Positions 10,348 through 19,276 of a stretch of 32,000 nucleotides of DNA are shown here, piece after piece; position 1 is the stretch's first letter, and every line of letters begins with the position of its first letter. Under the pieces are notes generated by a model. That model was not told where the DNA came from. It was given only the letters and a program-made list of their open reading frames with translations, and ran no database searches. The DNA comes from Vibrio alginolyticus NBRC 15630 = ATCC 17749 (GTDB lineage Bacteria > Pseudomonadota > Gammaproteobacteria > Enterobacterales > Vibrionaceae): contig NC_022349.1 of assembly GCF_000354175.2 (NCBI RefSeq), positions 120,001-152,000 on the forward strand. The letters run 5' to 3'. A program made the translations under genes and the position numbers.

Positions 10348-10869
10348 ATGTCAATTATTTTGGGCATTGACCCAGGTTCGCGCATTACCGGCTATGGGGT
10401 CATTCGTCAAAATGGACGCCACTTGCAATACCTTGGTAGTGGCTGCATTCGTACTTCAGAAAAAGAACTTCCGGGTCGGCTTAAACAGATTTATGCAGGC
10501 GTCACGGAAATCATTACCCAGTTTCAACCGGACGTTTTCGCGATCGAGCAAGTGTTTATGGCCAAAAACGCGGATTCAGCGCTAAAACTTGGCCAAGCTC
10601 GTGGCAGTGCAATTGTTGCTGCGGTGAATGCGGAGTTGCCGGTATTTGAATATGCGGCTCGTCTTATTAAGCAAGCTGTCGTCGGCACTGGTGGCGCGGA
10701 CAAAGCGCAAGTTCAGCATATGGTTCAGCAGATGCTTAAATTGCCCGCCAAGCCTCAAGCGGATGCAGCCGATGCTTTAGGTGTGGCGATTTGTCATGCC
10801 AATACTAACAAGACTCTCGTTGCGTTAGCGGGCAAAGCAACCAGTGCCAGAAAAGGGCGCTACCGTTAA
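10348..10869 (+). CDS. ruvC: Crossover junction endodeoxyribonuclease RuvC
   Basis: 173-aa [22 protein letters not shown]...[23 protein letters not shown] matches RuvC. Confidence 0.95.
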   Translation: MSIILGIDPGSRITGYGVIRQNGRHLQYLGSGCIRTSEKELPGRLKQIYAGVTEIITQFQPDVFAIEQVFMAKNADSALKLGQARGSAIVAAVNAELPVFEYAARLIKQAVVGTGGADKAQVQHMVQQMLKLPAKPQADAADALGVAICHANTNKTLVALAGKATSARKGRYR

Positions 10870-10873
10870 AATT

Positions 10874-10893
10874 AACTGGATGTCTATCCAGTT
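10874..10893. promoter_or_regulatory. LexA (SOS) box upstream of ruvA
   Basis: AACTGGATGTCTATCCAGTT has CTG-N10-CAG palindromic arms (CTGG-N8-CCAG). It lies 44 nt upstream of the ruvA GTG, in the position expected for the SOS-regulated ruvAB operator. Confidence 0.7.
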
Positions 10894-10936
10894 CTTTATT
10901 ATCCTGTCGCAAATTCATTTCCAAAGAGTATTTATA

Positions 10937-11548
10937 GTGATTGGACGTCTTCGTGGCATACTGATTGAAAAGCAACCACCTGAAGTATTAATTGAAGTTA
11001 ATGGCATTGGCTATGAAGTCCAGATGCCAATGAGCTGTTTTTACGAACTGCCAAATGTTGGCGAAGAAGCCATTATTTATACTCACTTTGTTGTCCGTGA
11101 AGATGCGCAATTGCTATACGGTTTCAACACGGTAAAAGAACGAGCACTTTTCCGTGAAGTGATCAAAGCCAATGGCGTTGGTCCTAAACTCGGTCTTGGT
11201 ATTCTCTCTGGTATGACAGCAACGCAATTTGTTACTTGTGTGGAACATGAAGACGTTTCTACGCTGGTTAAGCTTCCAGGCGTTGGCAAGAAAACCGCAG
11301 AGCGATTGGTTGTTGAAATGAAAGACCGCTTGAAAGGGTGGGGCGCTGGCGATCTATTTACACCATTTACGGATGCTGCTCCTGCGGATTCTAGTGCGAC
11401 ATCCAACAACGCGGAAGAAGAAGCAATCAGTGCGCTTCTAGCTCTAGGTTACAAGCCGACTCAAGCGTCGAAAGTGGTATCTCAGATCGCTAAACCGGAC
11501 ATGAGCAGTGAGCAAATGATCCGTGAAGCTCTAAAATCAATGGTGTAA
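10937..11548 (+). CDS. ruvA: Holliday junction branch migration complex subunit RuvA
   Basis: The start was moved to the GTG at 10937 so that the product begins (M)[38 protein letters not shown], colinear with E. coli RuvA (203 aa). The ORF-track start at 10844 would read through the ruvC stop region and the SOS box. Confidence 0.92.
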   Translation: MIGRLRGILIEKQPPEVLIEVNGIGYEVQMPMSCFYELPNVGEEAIIYTHFVVREDAQLLYGFNTVKERALFREVIKANGVGPKLGLGILSGMTATQFVTCVEHEDVSTLVKLPGVGKKTAERLVVEMKDRLKGWGAGDLFTPFTDAAPADSSATSNNAEEEAISALLALGYKPTQASKVVSQIAKPDMSSEQMIREALKSMV

Positions 11549-11835
11549 CGCTGGTTGCACAGTGAACATTTGTTCAAGATAACTCATTCTCTAAGGTTAA
11601 TGCCAATCGCTTAACGATGTTTTTTTGTGTCATTTCAGCGAGCCTGGCGAGACTGGGAATCTAATAGCAGCACGCTGAGCGGTTAATGAAACAATTTGAC
11701 CATAAATCGCTCGGGTAGAAGATCCTGTATCACGCTCCTTCGTCGCTGTACAGGATGACGAGATATAGAAATATGCCACTTGCTGTTAAACGAGCGGCAT
11801 TATTCTCTCAGGTAACCATTTTTCAAGGTAAAAAG

Positions 11836-12840
11836 ATGATTGAAGCCGATCGTTTAATCGCGCCAGAAAACCCTGCCTTTCGTGATGAAGATGTCATTGA
11901 TCGTGCTATTCGGCCAAAAAAATTAGCGGATTACCAAGGTCAGGACCATGTCCGTGACCAAATGGAGATCTTCATTAAAGCTGCTCAGTTACGTAGCGAA
12001 GCACTTGATCACCTTTTGATTTTTGGTCCCCCAGGTTTGGGTAAAACCACACTTGCGAATATCGTTGCCAATGAAATGGAAGTGAACATTCGCACTACTT
12101 CAGGCCCTGTACTTGAGAAAGCAGGCGATTTGGCCGCGCTGTTAACCAACCTTGAAGAAAACGATGTGTTGTTCATCGATGAGATTCACCGCTTGAGTCC
12201 GATGGTTGAAGAGGTGCTATATCCGGCGATGGAAGATTATCAACTGGATATTATGATCGGTGAAGGTCCGGCCGCTCGTTCTATTAAGATCGATTTACCA
12301 CCATTTACGTTAATTGGTGCGACGACCCGAGCGGGCTCTTTAACGTCACCATTGCGCGACCGCTTTGGTATTACTCAGCGCCTTGAGTTTTATAAGATAA
12401 AAGACCTCCAAGATATCGTGCAGCGAAGCGCGGATTGTTTAGGTTTATCAATGGAACCTGAAGGTGCATTGGAAGTGGCAAGACGTGCGCGTGGCACACC
12501 ACGTATTGCTAACCGTTTGCTACGCCGTGTTCGTGATTATGCGGAAGTAAAAGGCAATGGTCACATTTGTGCCGATGTTGCTGATAAGGCGTTGAATATG
12601 CTTGATGTGGACGCCGAAGGCTTCGATTACATGGACCGTAAGCTACTACTCGCGATTATGGAAAAATTTGGTGGTGGTCCGGTCGGGCTCGACAACATGG
12701 CAGCGGCGATAGGTGAAGAAAAGGACACTATTGAAGACGTTCTTGAGCCTTATCTTATTCAGCAAGGTTATTTACAACGCACTCCGCGTGGAAGAATCGC
12801 GACAGATCGTGCGTATTTGCATTTCGGAATTGAAAAATAA
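11836..12840 (+). CDS. ruvB: Holliday junction branch migration DNA helicase RuvB
   Basis: The start was moved to the ATG at 11836 ([36 protein letters not shown]), matching the E. coli RuvB N-terminus. Walker A is [14 protein letters not shown] lies 7 nt upstream. Confidence 0.95.
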   Translation: MIEADRLIAPENPAFRDEDVIDRAIRPKKLADYQGQDHVRDQMEIFIKAAQLRSEALDHLLIFGPPGLGKTTLANIVANEMEVNIRTTSGPVLEKAGDLAALLTNLEENDVLFIDEIHRLSPMVEEVLYPAMEDYQLDIMIGEGPAARSIKIDLPPFTLIGATTRAGSLTSPLRDRFGITQRLEFYKIKDLQDIVQRSADCLGLSMEPEGALEVARRARGTPRIANRLLRRVRDYAEVKGNGHICADVADKALNMLDVDAEGFDYMDRKLLLAIMEKFGGGPVGLDNMAAAIGEEKDTIEDVLEPYLIQQGYLQRTPRGRIATDRAYLHFGIEK

Positions 12841-12848
12841 GATTCCCT

Positions 12849-12871
12849 CGCTGGGCCTTTGTTGCCCAGCG
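12849..12871 (+). terminator. Hairpin downstream of ruvB (weak terminator)
   Basis: CGCTGGGC (12849-12856) / GCCCAGCG (12864-12871) with a 7-nt loop. The tail CTTCATT is a poor T-run. Confidence 0.45.
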
Positions 12872-12945
12872 CTTCATTAAAGTTGACCAAACTCACATTT
12901 TTTGAATTTTTTCTCATACTGGTTTAGTAAGTAAAAAGCATTGAT

Positions 12946-12961
12946 TGTTAACTCGATGTTT
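12946..12961. promoter_or_regulatory. Possible ArcA-type direct repeat in the cyd control region
   Basis: TGTTA (12946-12950) and TGTTT (12957-12961) are spaced 11 bp apart, resembling the ArcA-P direct-repeat half sites. This is an eye match only. Confidence 0.25.
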
Positions 12962-13022
12962 GCTTGCAACTGGTTAATTTCTCTCCTGATTACTCTCTCT
13001 TAACATCCGTATCCAATACTGG

Positions 13023-13036
13023 TTGATCTAGATCAA
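13023..13036. promoter_or_regulatory. FNR-type box (perfect TTGAT-N4-ATCAA), distal
   Basis: The sequence TTGATCTAGATCAA is an exact consensus palindrome. Confidence 0.7.
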
Positions 13037-13072
13037 TGTGATGGATTTTTGTGCAAATTCCGCGCATAAACA

Positions 13073-13086
13073 TTGATGTATATCAA
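13073..13086. promoter_or_regulatory. FNR-type box (perfect TTGAT-N4-ATCAA), proximal
   Basis: The sequence TTGATGTATATCAA is an exact consensus palindrome, centred 50 bp from the first box and about 220 nt upstream of the cydA ATG. Confidence 0.7.
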
Positions 13087-13301
13087 AGCGCGTTACGGCT
13101 ATAAACCTTTTGAAACAATCTGTTTTTACAAGTAATATTAGTCCCAGCTATATTAGCTGATGCTTAACAATTAACTAACCAATGAAGCACATTTTTGCAA
13201 CAATGAGTTGTGATAATTCAACATTTTTCAAGTGTAAATAACACCTGAATATGGATTGCAATATGTAGAGAGTGTCATTCAGCCGACACATAGGAGTTAC
13301 C

Positions 13302-14888
13302 ATGATTGACGTAGTTGATCTATCGCGGTTGCAGTTTGCACTGACAGCGATGTATCACTTCCTATTCGTACCATTGACCCTTGGTATGGCCTTCCTTCTG
13401 GCCATTATGGAATCGATGTACGTAATGACGAACAAGCAAATCTATAAGGACATGACCAAGTTCTGGGGTAAGCTATTCGGTATTAACTTTGCACTTGGTG
13501 TGGCGACAGGCCTTACCATGGAGTTCCAGTTTGGTACGAACTGGTCTTATTACTCCCACTATGTAGGTGATATCTTCGGTGCACCGCTAGCGATCGAAGC
13601 ACTTGTCGCATTCTTCCTGGAGTCAACTTTTGTTGGTCTATTCTTCTTCGGGTGGGATCGTCTATCTAAACGCCAACACTTAGCGGTTACCTGGCTTGTG
13701 GCACTAGGCTCTAACTTCTCTGCTCTTTGGATTCTTATCGCAAACGGCTGGATGCAAAACCCAGTAGGCGCAGATTTCAACTTCGAAACCATGCGAATGG
13801 AAATGGTGAGCTTCTCTGAGGTTGTACTAAACCCAGTTGCTCAGGTTAAGTTCGTGCATACGGTTGCTTCTGGTTACACTTGTGGCGCAATGTTTATTCT
13901 AGGCATCAGTTCATACTACCTATTAAAAGGTCGTGACATTGCGTTTGCTCGTCGTTCGTTTGCTATTGCTGCTTCTTTCGGTATTGCAGCTATCTTATCT
14001 ACCATCGTTCTTGGTGACGAATCTGGCTACGAGCTTGGTGAAGTTCAAAAAGTGAAACTCGCTGCAATTGAAGCAGAGTGGCACACTGAACCTGCACCTG
14101 CCGCATTTACGTTATTTGGTGTTCCTAACCAGGAAACGATGCATACCGATTACGCAATTAAGATCCCTTACGTAATGGGTATTATCGCGACACGCTCTTT
14201 TGATGAGCAAGTAACAGGTCTTCGTGATTTACGTGATGAACACGTCGATCGTATTCGTGACGGCATGTACGCTTATGAACTTCTAGAGAAGCTTCGCGCG
14301 GGCGACAAGTCAGAAGAAAACATGACTGCGTTTGATGAAGTGAAAGGTGACCTAGGTTACGGTCTACTTCTAAAACGCTACACAGACAATGTTGTTGATG
14401 CAACAGAAGAGCAAATCCAAGCTGCTGCGGACGACTCAATCCCAACAGTATGGCCGCTATTCTGGTCATTCCGTATCATGGTTGCTTGTGGCTTCATCAT
14501 GTTGTTTGTCTTTGGTGCGGCGTTTATCCAAACGTGTCGTCAGAAGATTGAACAGAAACAATGGATTCTAAAAGCTGCACTATTTAGCATTCCACTACCT
14601 TGGATTGCAATTGAAGCGGGTTGGTTCGTCGCTGAGTACGGCCGTCAGCCTTGGGCTGTAGGTGAAATTCTACCAGTGCATGTTGCAGCTTCTGCGCTGA
14701 CTGCAGGTGAAATCTGGACTTCACTCTTCGCAATTCTGGCGCTATACACGGTATTCCTGATTGCAGAAGTTTACCTAATGTTGAAATTCGCTCGTAAAGG
14801 CCCAAGTAGCCTGAAAACGGGTCGCTACCACTTCGAGCAAAATGCTGACTCTGTTGAAGACAAAGTTAGTCGCCAAGTAGAAGCGTAA
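13302..14888 (+). CDS. cydA: Cytochrome bd-I ubiquinol oxidase subunit I
   Basis: The start was moved to the ATG at 13302 (RBS TAGGAG 13291-13296). [37 protein letters not shown] is nearly identical to E. coli CydA. Confidence 0.96.
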   Translation: MIDVVDLSRLQFALTAMYHFLFVPLTLGMAFLLAIMESMYVMTNKQIYKDMTKFWGKLFGINFALGVATGLTMEFQFGTNWSYYSHYVGDIFGAPLAIEALVAFFLESTFVGLFFFGWDRLSKRQHLAVTWLVALGSNFSALWILIANGWMQNPVGADFNFETMRMEMVSFSEVVLNPVAQVKFVHTVASGYTCGAMFILGISSYYLLKGRDIAFARRSFAIAASFGIAAILSTIVLGDESGYELGEVQKVKLAAIEAEWHTEPAPAAFTLFGVPNQETMHTDYAIKIPYVMGIIATRSFDEQVTGLRDLRDEHVDRIRDGMYAYELLEKLRAGDKSEENMTAFDEVKGDLGYGLLLKRYTDNVVDATEEQIQAAADDSIPTVWPLFWSFRIMVACGFIMLFVFGAAFIQTCRQKIEQKQWILKAALFSIPLPWIAIEAGWFVAEYGRQPWAVGEILPVHVAASALTAGEIWTSLFAILALYTVFLIAEVYLMLKFARKGPSSLKTGRYHFEQNADSVEDKVSRQVEA

Positions 14889-14905
14889 GGTAAGGAGATA
14901 ACAAG

Positions 14906-16042
14906 ATGTTTGATTACGAAATCTTGCGACTCATCTGGTGGGTACTAATCGGTGTTCTACTAGTTGGTTTTGCAGTAACAGACGGCTTCGATATGGGTGT
15001 AGGCGCGCTTGTACCTATCATCGGTAAAAACGACACGCAACGCCGTGTCATGATTAACTCAATTGCTCCTCACTGGGATGGTAACCAAGTTTGGCTTATC
15101 ACTGCTGGTGGTGCACTGTTCGCAGCTTGGCCTTTGGTTTACGCAACGTCATTTTCAGGCTTCTACTTAGCGATGATTTTGACACTAGCAGCGCTATGGC
15201 TTCGTCCTCTGGGTCTAGACTACCGCTCTAAAATCGAAGAACCAAAATGGCGCAATACCTGGGATATCTGTATCTCAATCAGTGGTTTTGTTCCGCCAAT
15301 CATCTTTGGTGTGGCGTTTGGTAACCTTCTACAAGGTGTACCATTCCAATTGAGTGAGTTCTTGATGCCAACATACCATGGCTCATTCTTTGGTCTACTA
15401 AATCCATTTGCACTGTTGTGTGGTCTAGTAAGCTTGTTCATGATTTTGATGCAAGGTTCTACTTGGCTACAAATGAAAACAACAGGCGAAGTGCATGTGC
15501 GTGCGCGCAACGTTGCTCAGTTGGCTGGTTTACTGACGGTTGCTGCGTTTGTAGCGGCTGGTTTCTGGATCCAAAATATCGATGGCTACGTCATTGTTGG
15601 CGGTATCGACACTAACGCTGCTTCTAACCCTCTAAACAAAGAGGTTATCCGTGAAGCTGGTGCGTGGATGAAGAACTTTGAAAACTACCCACTACTATGG
15701 GCTGCTCCTGTATTAGGTGTTGCAATGCCGCTTCTCGCTGTATTGGCATCTCGTCTTGAAAAATGTGCGATTTCGTTCATTACTTCAAGCTTGGGTGTTG
15801 CTGGTGTTATCTTTACTGCAGGTTTTGCGATGTTCCCATTCATCATGCCTTCAGACTTAATGCCAAGCCACAGCTTAACAATGTGGGATGCAACGTCATC
15901 TGAGCTGACTCTGAACCTAATGACAGGCGTTGCGTTTGTTATGGTGCCAATCATCCTTGGTTACACATCTTGGACTTACTACAAGATGTTTGGTCGCCTT
16001 GATGACCAGTACATTGAAGACAACAAAAACTCACTTTACTAA
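14906..16042 (+). CDS. cydB: Cytochrome bd-I ubiquinol oxidase subunit II
   Basis: 378-aa ORF (MFDYEILRLIWWVLIGVLLVGFAVTDGFDMGVG...), with GGAG upstream of the ATG. Confidence 0.96.
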   Translation: MFDYEILRLIWWVLIGVLLVGFAVTDGFDMGVGALVPIIGKNDTQRRVMINSIAPHWDGNQVWLITAGGALFAAWPLVYATSFSGFYLAMILTLAALWLRPLGLDYRSKIEEPKWRNTWDICISISGFVPPIIFGVAFGNLLQGVPFQLSEFLMPTYHGSFFGLLNPFALLCGLVSLFMILMQGSTWLQMKTTGEVHVRARNVAQLAGLLTVAAFVAAGFWIQNIDGYVIVGGIDTNAASNPLNKEVIREAGAWMKNFENYPLLWAAPVLGVAMPLLAVLASRLEKCAISFITSSLGVAGVIFTAGFAMFPFIMPSDLMPSHSLTMWDATSSELTLNLMTGVAFVMVPIILGYTSWTYYKMFGRLDDQYIEDNKNSLY

Positions 16043-16054
16043 GGGGCATTTACT

Positions 16055-16162
16055 ATGTGGTATTTCGCATGGATTCTAGGTGTACTACTTGCTTGTGCAT
16101 TCGGTATCATCAACGCTCTTTGGCTAGAGCACTCAGAAATGATGGATAAAGACAGTGAGTAA
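16055..16162 (+). CDS. cydX: Cytochrome bd-I oxidase small subunit CydX (35 aa; not in the ORF track)
   Basis: Hand translation gives MWYFAWILGVLLACAFGIINALWLEHSEMMDKDSE-stop. The first ~25 residues match E. coli CydX (MWYFAWILG.LLAC.FG...AL.LEH). It starts 12 nt after the cydB stop. Confidence 0.9.
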   Translation: MWYFAWILGVLLACAFGIINALWLEHSEMMDKDSE

Positions 16163-16457
16163 CCTCGCTGATAAGGTAGCGAAACTTCACGCACCAATGG
16201 ATAAGACTCTGCTACGAGTCTTATCTCTCATCCTTGGCTTTATGCACGTAGGATTGGTGATGTGGGACCCTGAAGCTTACCATCAAGCAATTGGTGGTTT
16301 TAACTCAATCGTCGCACCAGCACTGATTTGGTCTGTATGTTCAAGCATGGTGTATGGGGTGGGCTTCAAGCCAAGAAACTGGTACTGGCAAGTTTTGTTT
16401 AGTCCTTATTTCTCGTTAGCTATCTTAATTTATCTAACGGCACTTTATTTCATTTAG
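16155..16457 (+). CDS. ybgE: Cyd operon protein YbgE
   Basis: 100-aa membrane ORF with a GTG start at 16155 that overlaps the cydX 3' end by 8 nt. AKLHAPMDKTLLRVLSLILGF...WDPEAY...GVGFKPR parallels E. coli YbgE. An alternative start is the internal Met15. Confidence 0.8.
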   Translation: MSNLADKVAKLHAPMDKTLLRVLSLILGFMHVGLVMWDPEAYHQAIGGFNSIVAPALIWSVCSSMVYGVGFKPRNWYWQVLFSPYFSLAILIYLTALYFI

Positions 16458-16500
16458 GCTGAAATATGCTGTAATAAAGTCGGTTACTAAATCATCGAAT

Positions 16501-16534
16501 AAAAGCTAGGTATCTCGCCTAGCTTTTATTTTTC
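16501..16534 (+). terminator. Rho-independent terminator of the cyd operon
   Basis: AAAAGCTAGG (16501-16510) / CCTAGCTTTT (16518-16527) with a 7-nt loop, then ATTTTTC. Confidence 0.85.
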
Positions 16535-16628
16535 TACAAATTTCAAAAATATTTCCTTAGCTCGGTACCAATTGCTGTCGCTTCAGTTATAGTAATTACT
16601 TTAAAGAATTGAATATATTGGTACTCCC

Positions 16629-17048
16629 TTGCAAGGCACATCAAATCTCTTTCACTGGCCGATCACCGTGTACTATGAAGACACTGATGCGGGCGGTGTT
16701 GTATATCATTCTAATTATCTAAAATTCTTTGAGCGCGCACGGACAGAGATGTTACGTGCTAAAGGCATTTCTCAACATGTGTTACTGGAACAAAATATCG
16801 GCTTTGTTGTCCGACACATGGATATCGATTTTAACCAAGGGGCTAGGCTGGACGAGCATCTGACAGTCGTAACCCGAGTGTCAGAAATAAAACGTGCTTC
16901 TCTGCAATTCTGTCAAGAGTTGGTCAATGATCAAGGCAAGATATTGTGCAAGGCCTCGGTTAAGGTAGCATGTATCGATAATAAGAAAATGAAACCAATA
17001 GCTATTCCAACCTTTATAAATTCGGAGCTAACAAATAGTGACTGCTGA
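16629..17048 (+). CDS. ybgC: Tol-Pal-associated acyl-CoA thioesterase YbgC
   Basis: [36 protein letters not shown] matches YbgC (4HBT fold). Only a TTG (16629) is available as an upstream start and there is no clear RBS, so the start is uncertain. Confidence 0.85.
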   Translation: MQGTSNLFHWPITVYYEDTDAGGVVYHSNYLKFFERARTEMLRAKGISQHVLLEQNIGFVVRHMDIDFNQGARLDEHLTVVTRVSEIKRASLQFCQELVNDQGKILCKASVKVACIDNKKMKPIAIPTFINSELTNSDC

Positions 17049-17736
17049 TATTTCCATTTTAGATCTCTTTCTTCAGGCCAGTCTGTTGGTAAAGCTTGTG
17101 ATGCTGACGTTGCTTGGCATGTCAATTGTGTCATGGGCAATGATCATCAAGCGCAGCAAAGTGCTTTCTCAAGCATCAAAAAATGCAGAGCAGTTTGAAG
17201 ACAAATTTTGGTCGGGTACTGATCTTTCTCAGCTTTACCAAAAAGTAAAAGCGCGTAAAGACGAAATTGAAGGCACAGAAGAAATCTTCTACGCAGGTTT
17301 TACAGAGTTTGCTCGCCTACGTAAGAGCAACGCAAATTCACCAGCTTACATCATGGAAGGCACTGGCCGCGCAATGCGCGTTGCTGTTTCTCGTGAAGTA
17401 GATGAGCTAGAAACAAGCTTACCGTTTTTGGCAACAGTCGGTTCTATAAGCCCTTATATCGGCCTATTTGGTACCGTTTGGGGCATCATGCACGCCTTTA
17501 TTGCGCTGGGTGAAGTAAAGCAAGCTACGTTGTCTATGGTTGCACCGGGTATCGCCGAGGCACTTATCGCGACAGCGATGGGGCTATTTGCGGCTATTCC
17601 GGCAGTAATGGCGTACAACCGCCTAAGCAATAAAGTGAGTAAACTAGAGCACACTTACGCAACATTTTCTGAAGAATTCCACAGCATCCTTCATCGTCAA
17701 GCGATGGCTGGCCGAGACAGCGCGGATAAGGAATAA
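17038..17736 (+). CDS. tolQ: Tol-Pal system protein TolQ
   Basis: The GTG start overlaps the ybgC end by 11 nt. [39 protein letters not shown] and [18 protein letters not shown] are near-identical to E. coli TolQ. Confidence 0.96.
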   Translation: MTADISILDLFLQASLLVKLVMLTLLGMSIVSWAMIIKRSKVLSQASKNAEQFEDKFWSGTDLSQLYQKVKARKDEIEGTEEIFYAGFTEFARLRKSNANSPAYIMEGTGRAMRVAVSREVDELETSLPFLATVGSISPYIGLFGTVWGIMHAFIALGEVKQATLSMVAPGIAEALIATAMGLFAAIPAVMAYNRLSNKVSKLEHTYATFSEEFHSILHRQAMAGRDSADKE

Positions 17737-17739
17737 AGC

Positions 17740-18183
17740 ATGGCGGGTTATCAACCTAAAAAGCGAAAAATGACAGCGGAGATCAACGTTGTTCCGTATA
17801 TCGACGTAATGCTCGTACTGTTGATCATTTTTATGGCGACCGCTCCATTTGTGACTCAAGGCGTCGACGTTGATCTTCCGAAAACATCGACCGCAGAATC
17901 TATGCAAGACCTTGCTGGCGAGACTGACAGTAGCTTTATTATCATCGAAATTGATAGCGAGGGTAATTTAGGCCTAAGCGTAAATGATGAAGAAGTTCAG
18001 CGAGGTTTGTCGTTGCAAGATGTTATTGTGCGAGTGAAAGCGGAGCGAGAGGTTAAGCCGGATTCACCAGTTGCGGTAGGTGGCGACGCGGCAACACCAT
18101 ATGCCGATGTTGTTCTATTGCTAGATGAACTAAGTCGAGCTGGTATCCCTAAGGTAGGTCTAATGACCGATATCAGGGAATAG
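17740..18183 (+). CDS. tolR: Tol-Pal system protein TolR
   Basis: 147-aa ORF. EINVVPYIDVMLVLLIIFMATAPFVTQGVDVDLP matches the TolR/ExbD family. Confidence 0.95.
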   Translation: MAGYQPKKRKMTAEINVVPYIDVMLVLLIIFMATAPFVTQGVDVDLPKTSTAESMQDLAGETDSSFIIIEIDSEGNLGLSVNDEEVQRGLSLQDVIVRVKAEREVKPDSPVAVGGDAATPYADVVLLLDELSRAGIPKVGLMTDIRE

Positions 18184-18196
18184 ACATCAATTATCT

Positions 18197-19264
18197 ATGA
18201 AAGATCACAAGAAGAAACCCAACCAATACGCCAAACCGATAGCAATATCGGTTGGTTTGCATGCAATTCTAGTTGCAGCCCTGCTTTGGGGGACGGACTT
18301 CAACATGTCTAAACCAGAGCCTACAGGGCAAATGGTTCAAGCTGTTGTCATCGATCCAAAACTTGTGCAGCAACAAGCGAAAGAAATTCGCCAGCAACGC
18401 GAAAAGGCAGCGAAAAAAGAACAAGAGCGTCTTGATAAACTGAGACGCGAAGCAGAGCAGCTAGAAAAAAACCGCAAAGCTGAAGAAGAGCAAATTCGCA
18501 AGTTGAAAGAGCAGCAAGCGAAAGATGCTCAAGCGGCGCGAGAAGCAGAAGCTGCACGTAAGAAAAAAGAGCAAGAGCGCAAGCAGGAAGAAGAACGTGT
18601 TCGCAAAGAAAAAGAGCGAGCTGCTAAGCTAGAAAAAGAGCGCAAGGCAAAAGAAGAAGCCGTGCGTAAAGCTGAGCAGGAGCGTTTAGCAAAAGAAGCG
18701 GCTATAGCAAAAGCTGAGCAAGAACGTTTAGCTCGCGAAAAAGCAGCAAAAGAAGCGGAAGAAAAAGCACGTCGTGAGCGTGAAGCTGCTGAAAAAGCTG
18801 AACAAGAGCGCATTGCAAAAGAGAAAGCGGCAAAAGAGGCAGCGGAGCGAGAGCGTAAAGCGAGAGAAGCAGCTGAGCGTGCCGAGCGTGAGCGTAAAGC
18901 TCAAGAAGCCGCGTTAGATGATATTTTTGCGGGTCTTGAGGATGAGGTCAGTAAAAACAGTGCTGCGCGCAATCAATTTATTGACGACGAACTTTCTCGT
19001 ATGTCATCCATCTATACTCAAAATATTCAGCAAAAGCTGATTAAGGATGACTACTTGCTGGGAAAGGAGTGTAGGGTAAACATCAAATTGATTCCGACAG
19101 GAACTGATATGATGGTCTCTGGTGTTACCGTTTTGAGTGGCGATACTCGAGTATGTGCTGCGGCGAAGCGAGCAATAGCTCAGGTAGGGACGTTCCCTAA
19201 ATCTTCAGAATCAGCGGTCAATGAAAGACTAAAAGACATCAACATAACTGTTGCTTTGGACTAA
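18197..19264 (+). CDS. tolA: Tol-Pal system protein TolA
   Basis: 355-aa ORF with an N-terminal TM anchor, a long K/E/A-rich helical domain II, and a C-terminal globular domain. Its position between tolR and tolB supports the call. Confidence 0.93.
   Translation: MKDHKKKPNQYAKPIAISVGLHAILVAALLWGTDFNMSKPEPTGQMVQAVVIDPKLVQQQAKEIRQQREKAAKKEQERLDKLRREAEQLEKNRKAEEEQIRKLKEQQAKDAQAAREAEAARKKKEQERKQEEERVRKEKERAAKLEKERKAKEEAVRKAEQERLAKEAAIAKAEQERLAREKAAKEAEEKARREREAAEKAEQERIAKEKAAKEAAERERKAREAAERAERERKAQEAALDDIFAGLEDEVSKNSAARNQFIDDELSRMSSIYTQNIQQKLIKDDYLLGKECRVNIKLIPTGTDMMVSGVTVLSGDTRVCAAAKRAIAQVGTFPKSSESAVNERLKDINITVALD
18390..18910 (+). repeat. Degenerate in-frame tandem repeats encoding TolA domain II (AEQERLAKE/AAKEAAERERKA-type units)
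   Basis: Related units recur, e.g. GCTGAGCAGGAGCGTTTAGCAAAAGAAGCGGC, GCTGAGCAAGAACGTTTAGCTCGCGAAAAAGCAGC and GCTGAACAAGAGCGCATTGCAAAAGAGAAAGCGGC. This is low-complexity coding sequence. Confidence 0.8.
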
Positions 19265-19276
19265 AAGGAATAAGAC

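Noticed and set aside
10844-10936. N-terminal extension of ruvA in the ORF track (start at 10844)
   Set aside because: It would overlap the ruvC 3' end and translate through the LexA box. The conserved RuvA N-terminus (M)IGRLRG begins at the GTG at 10937.
11755-11835. N-terminal extension of ruvB (start at 11755)
   Set aside because: The conserved RuvB N-terminus MIEADRL starts at 11836 with an upstream AAGGT. The 11755 ATG sits inside the right arm of the 8-bp inverted repeat.
18348-18813. Two minus-strand ORFs (69 and 94 aa) inside tolA
   Set aside because: These are antisense frames kept open by the GAA/GCA/AAA-rich repeat codons of TolA domain II. The translations are Ser/Ala/Arg/Phe low complexity.
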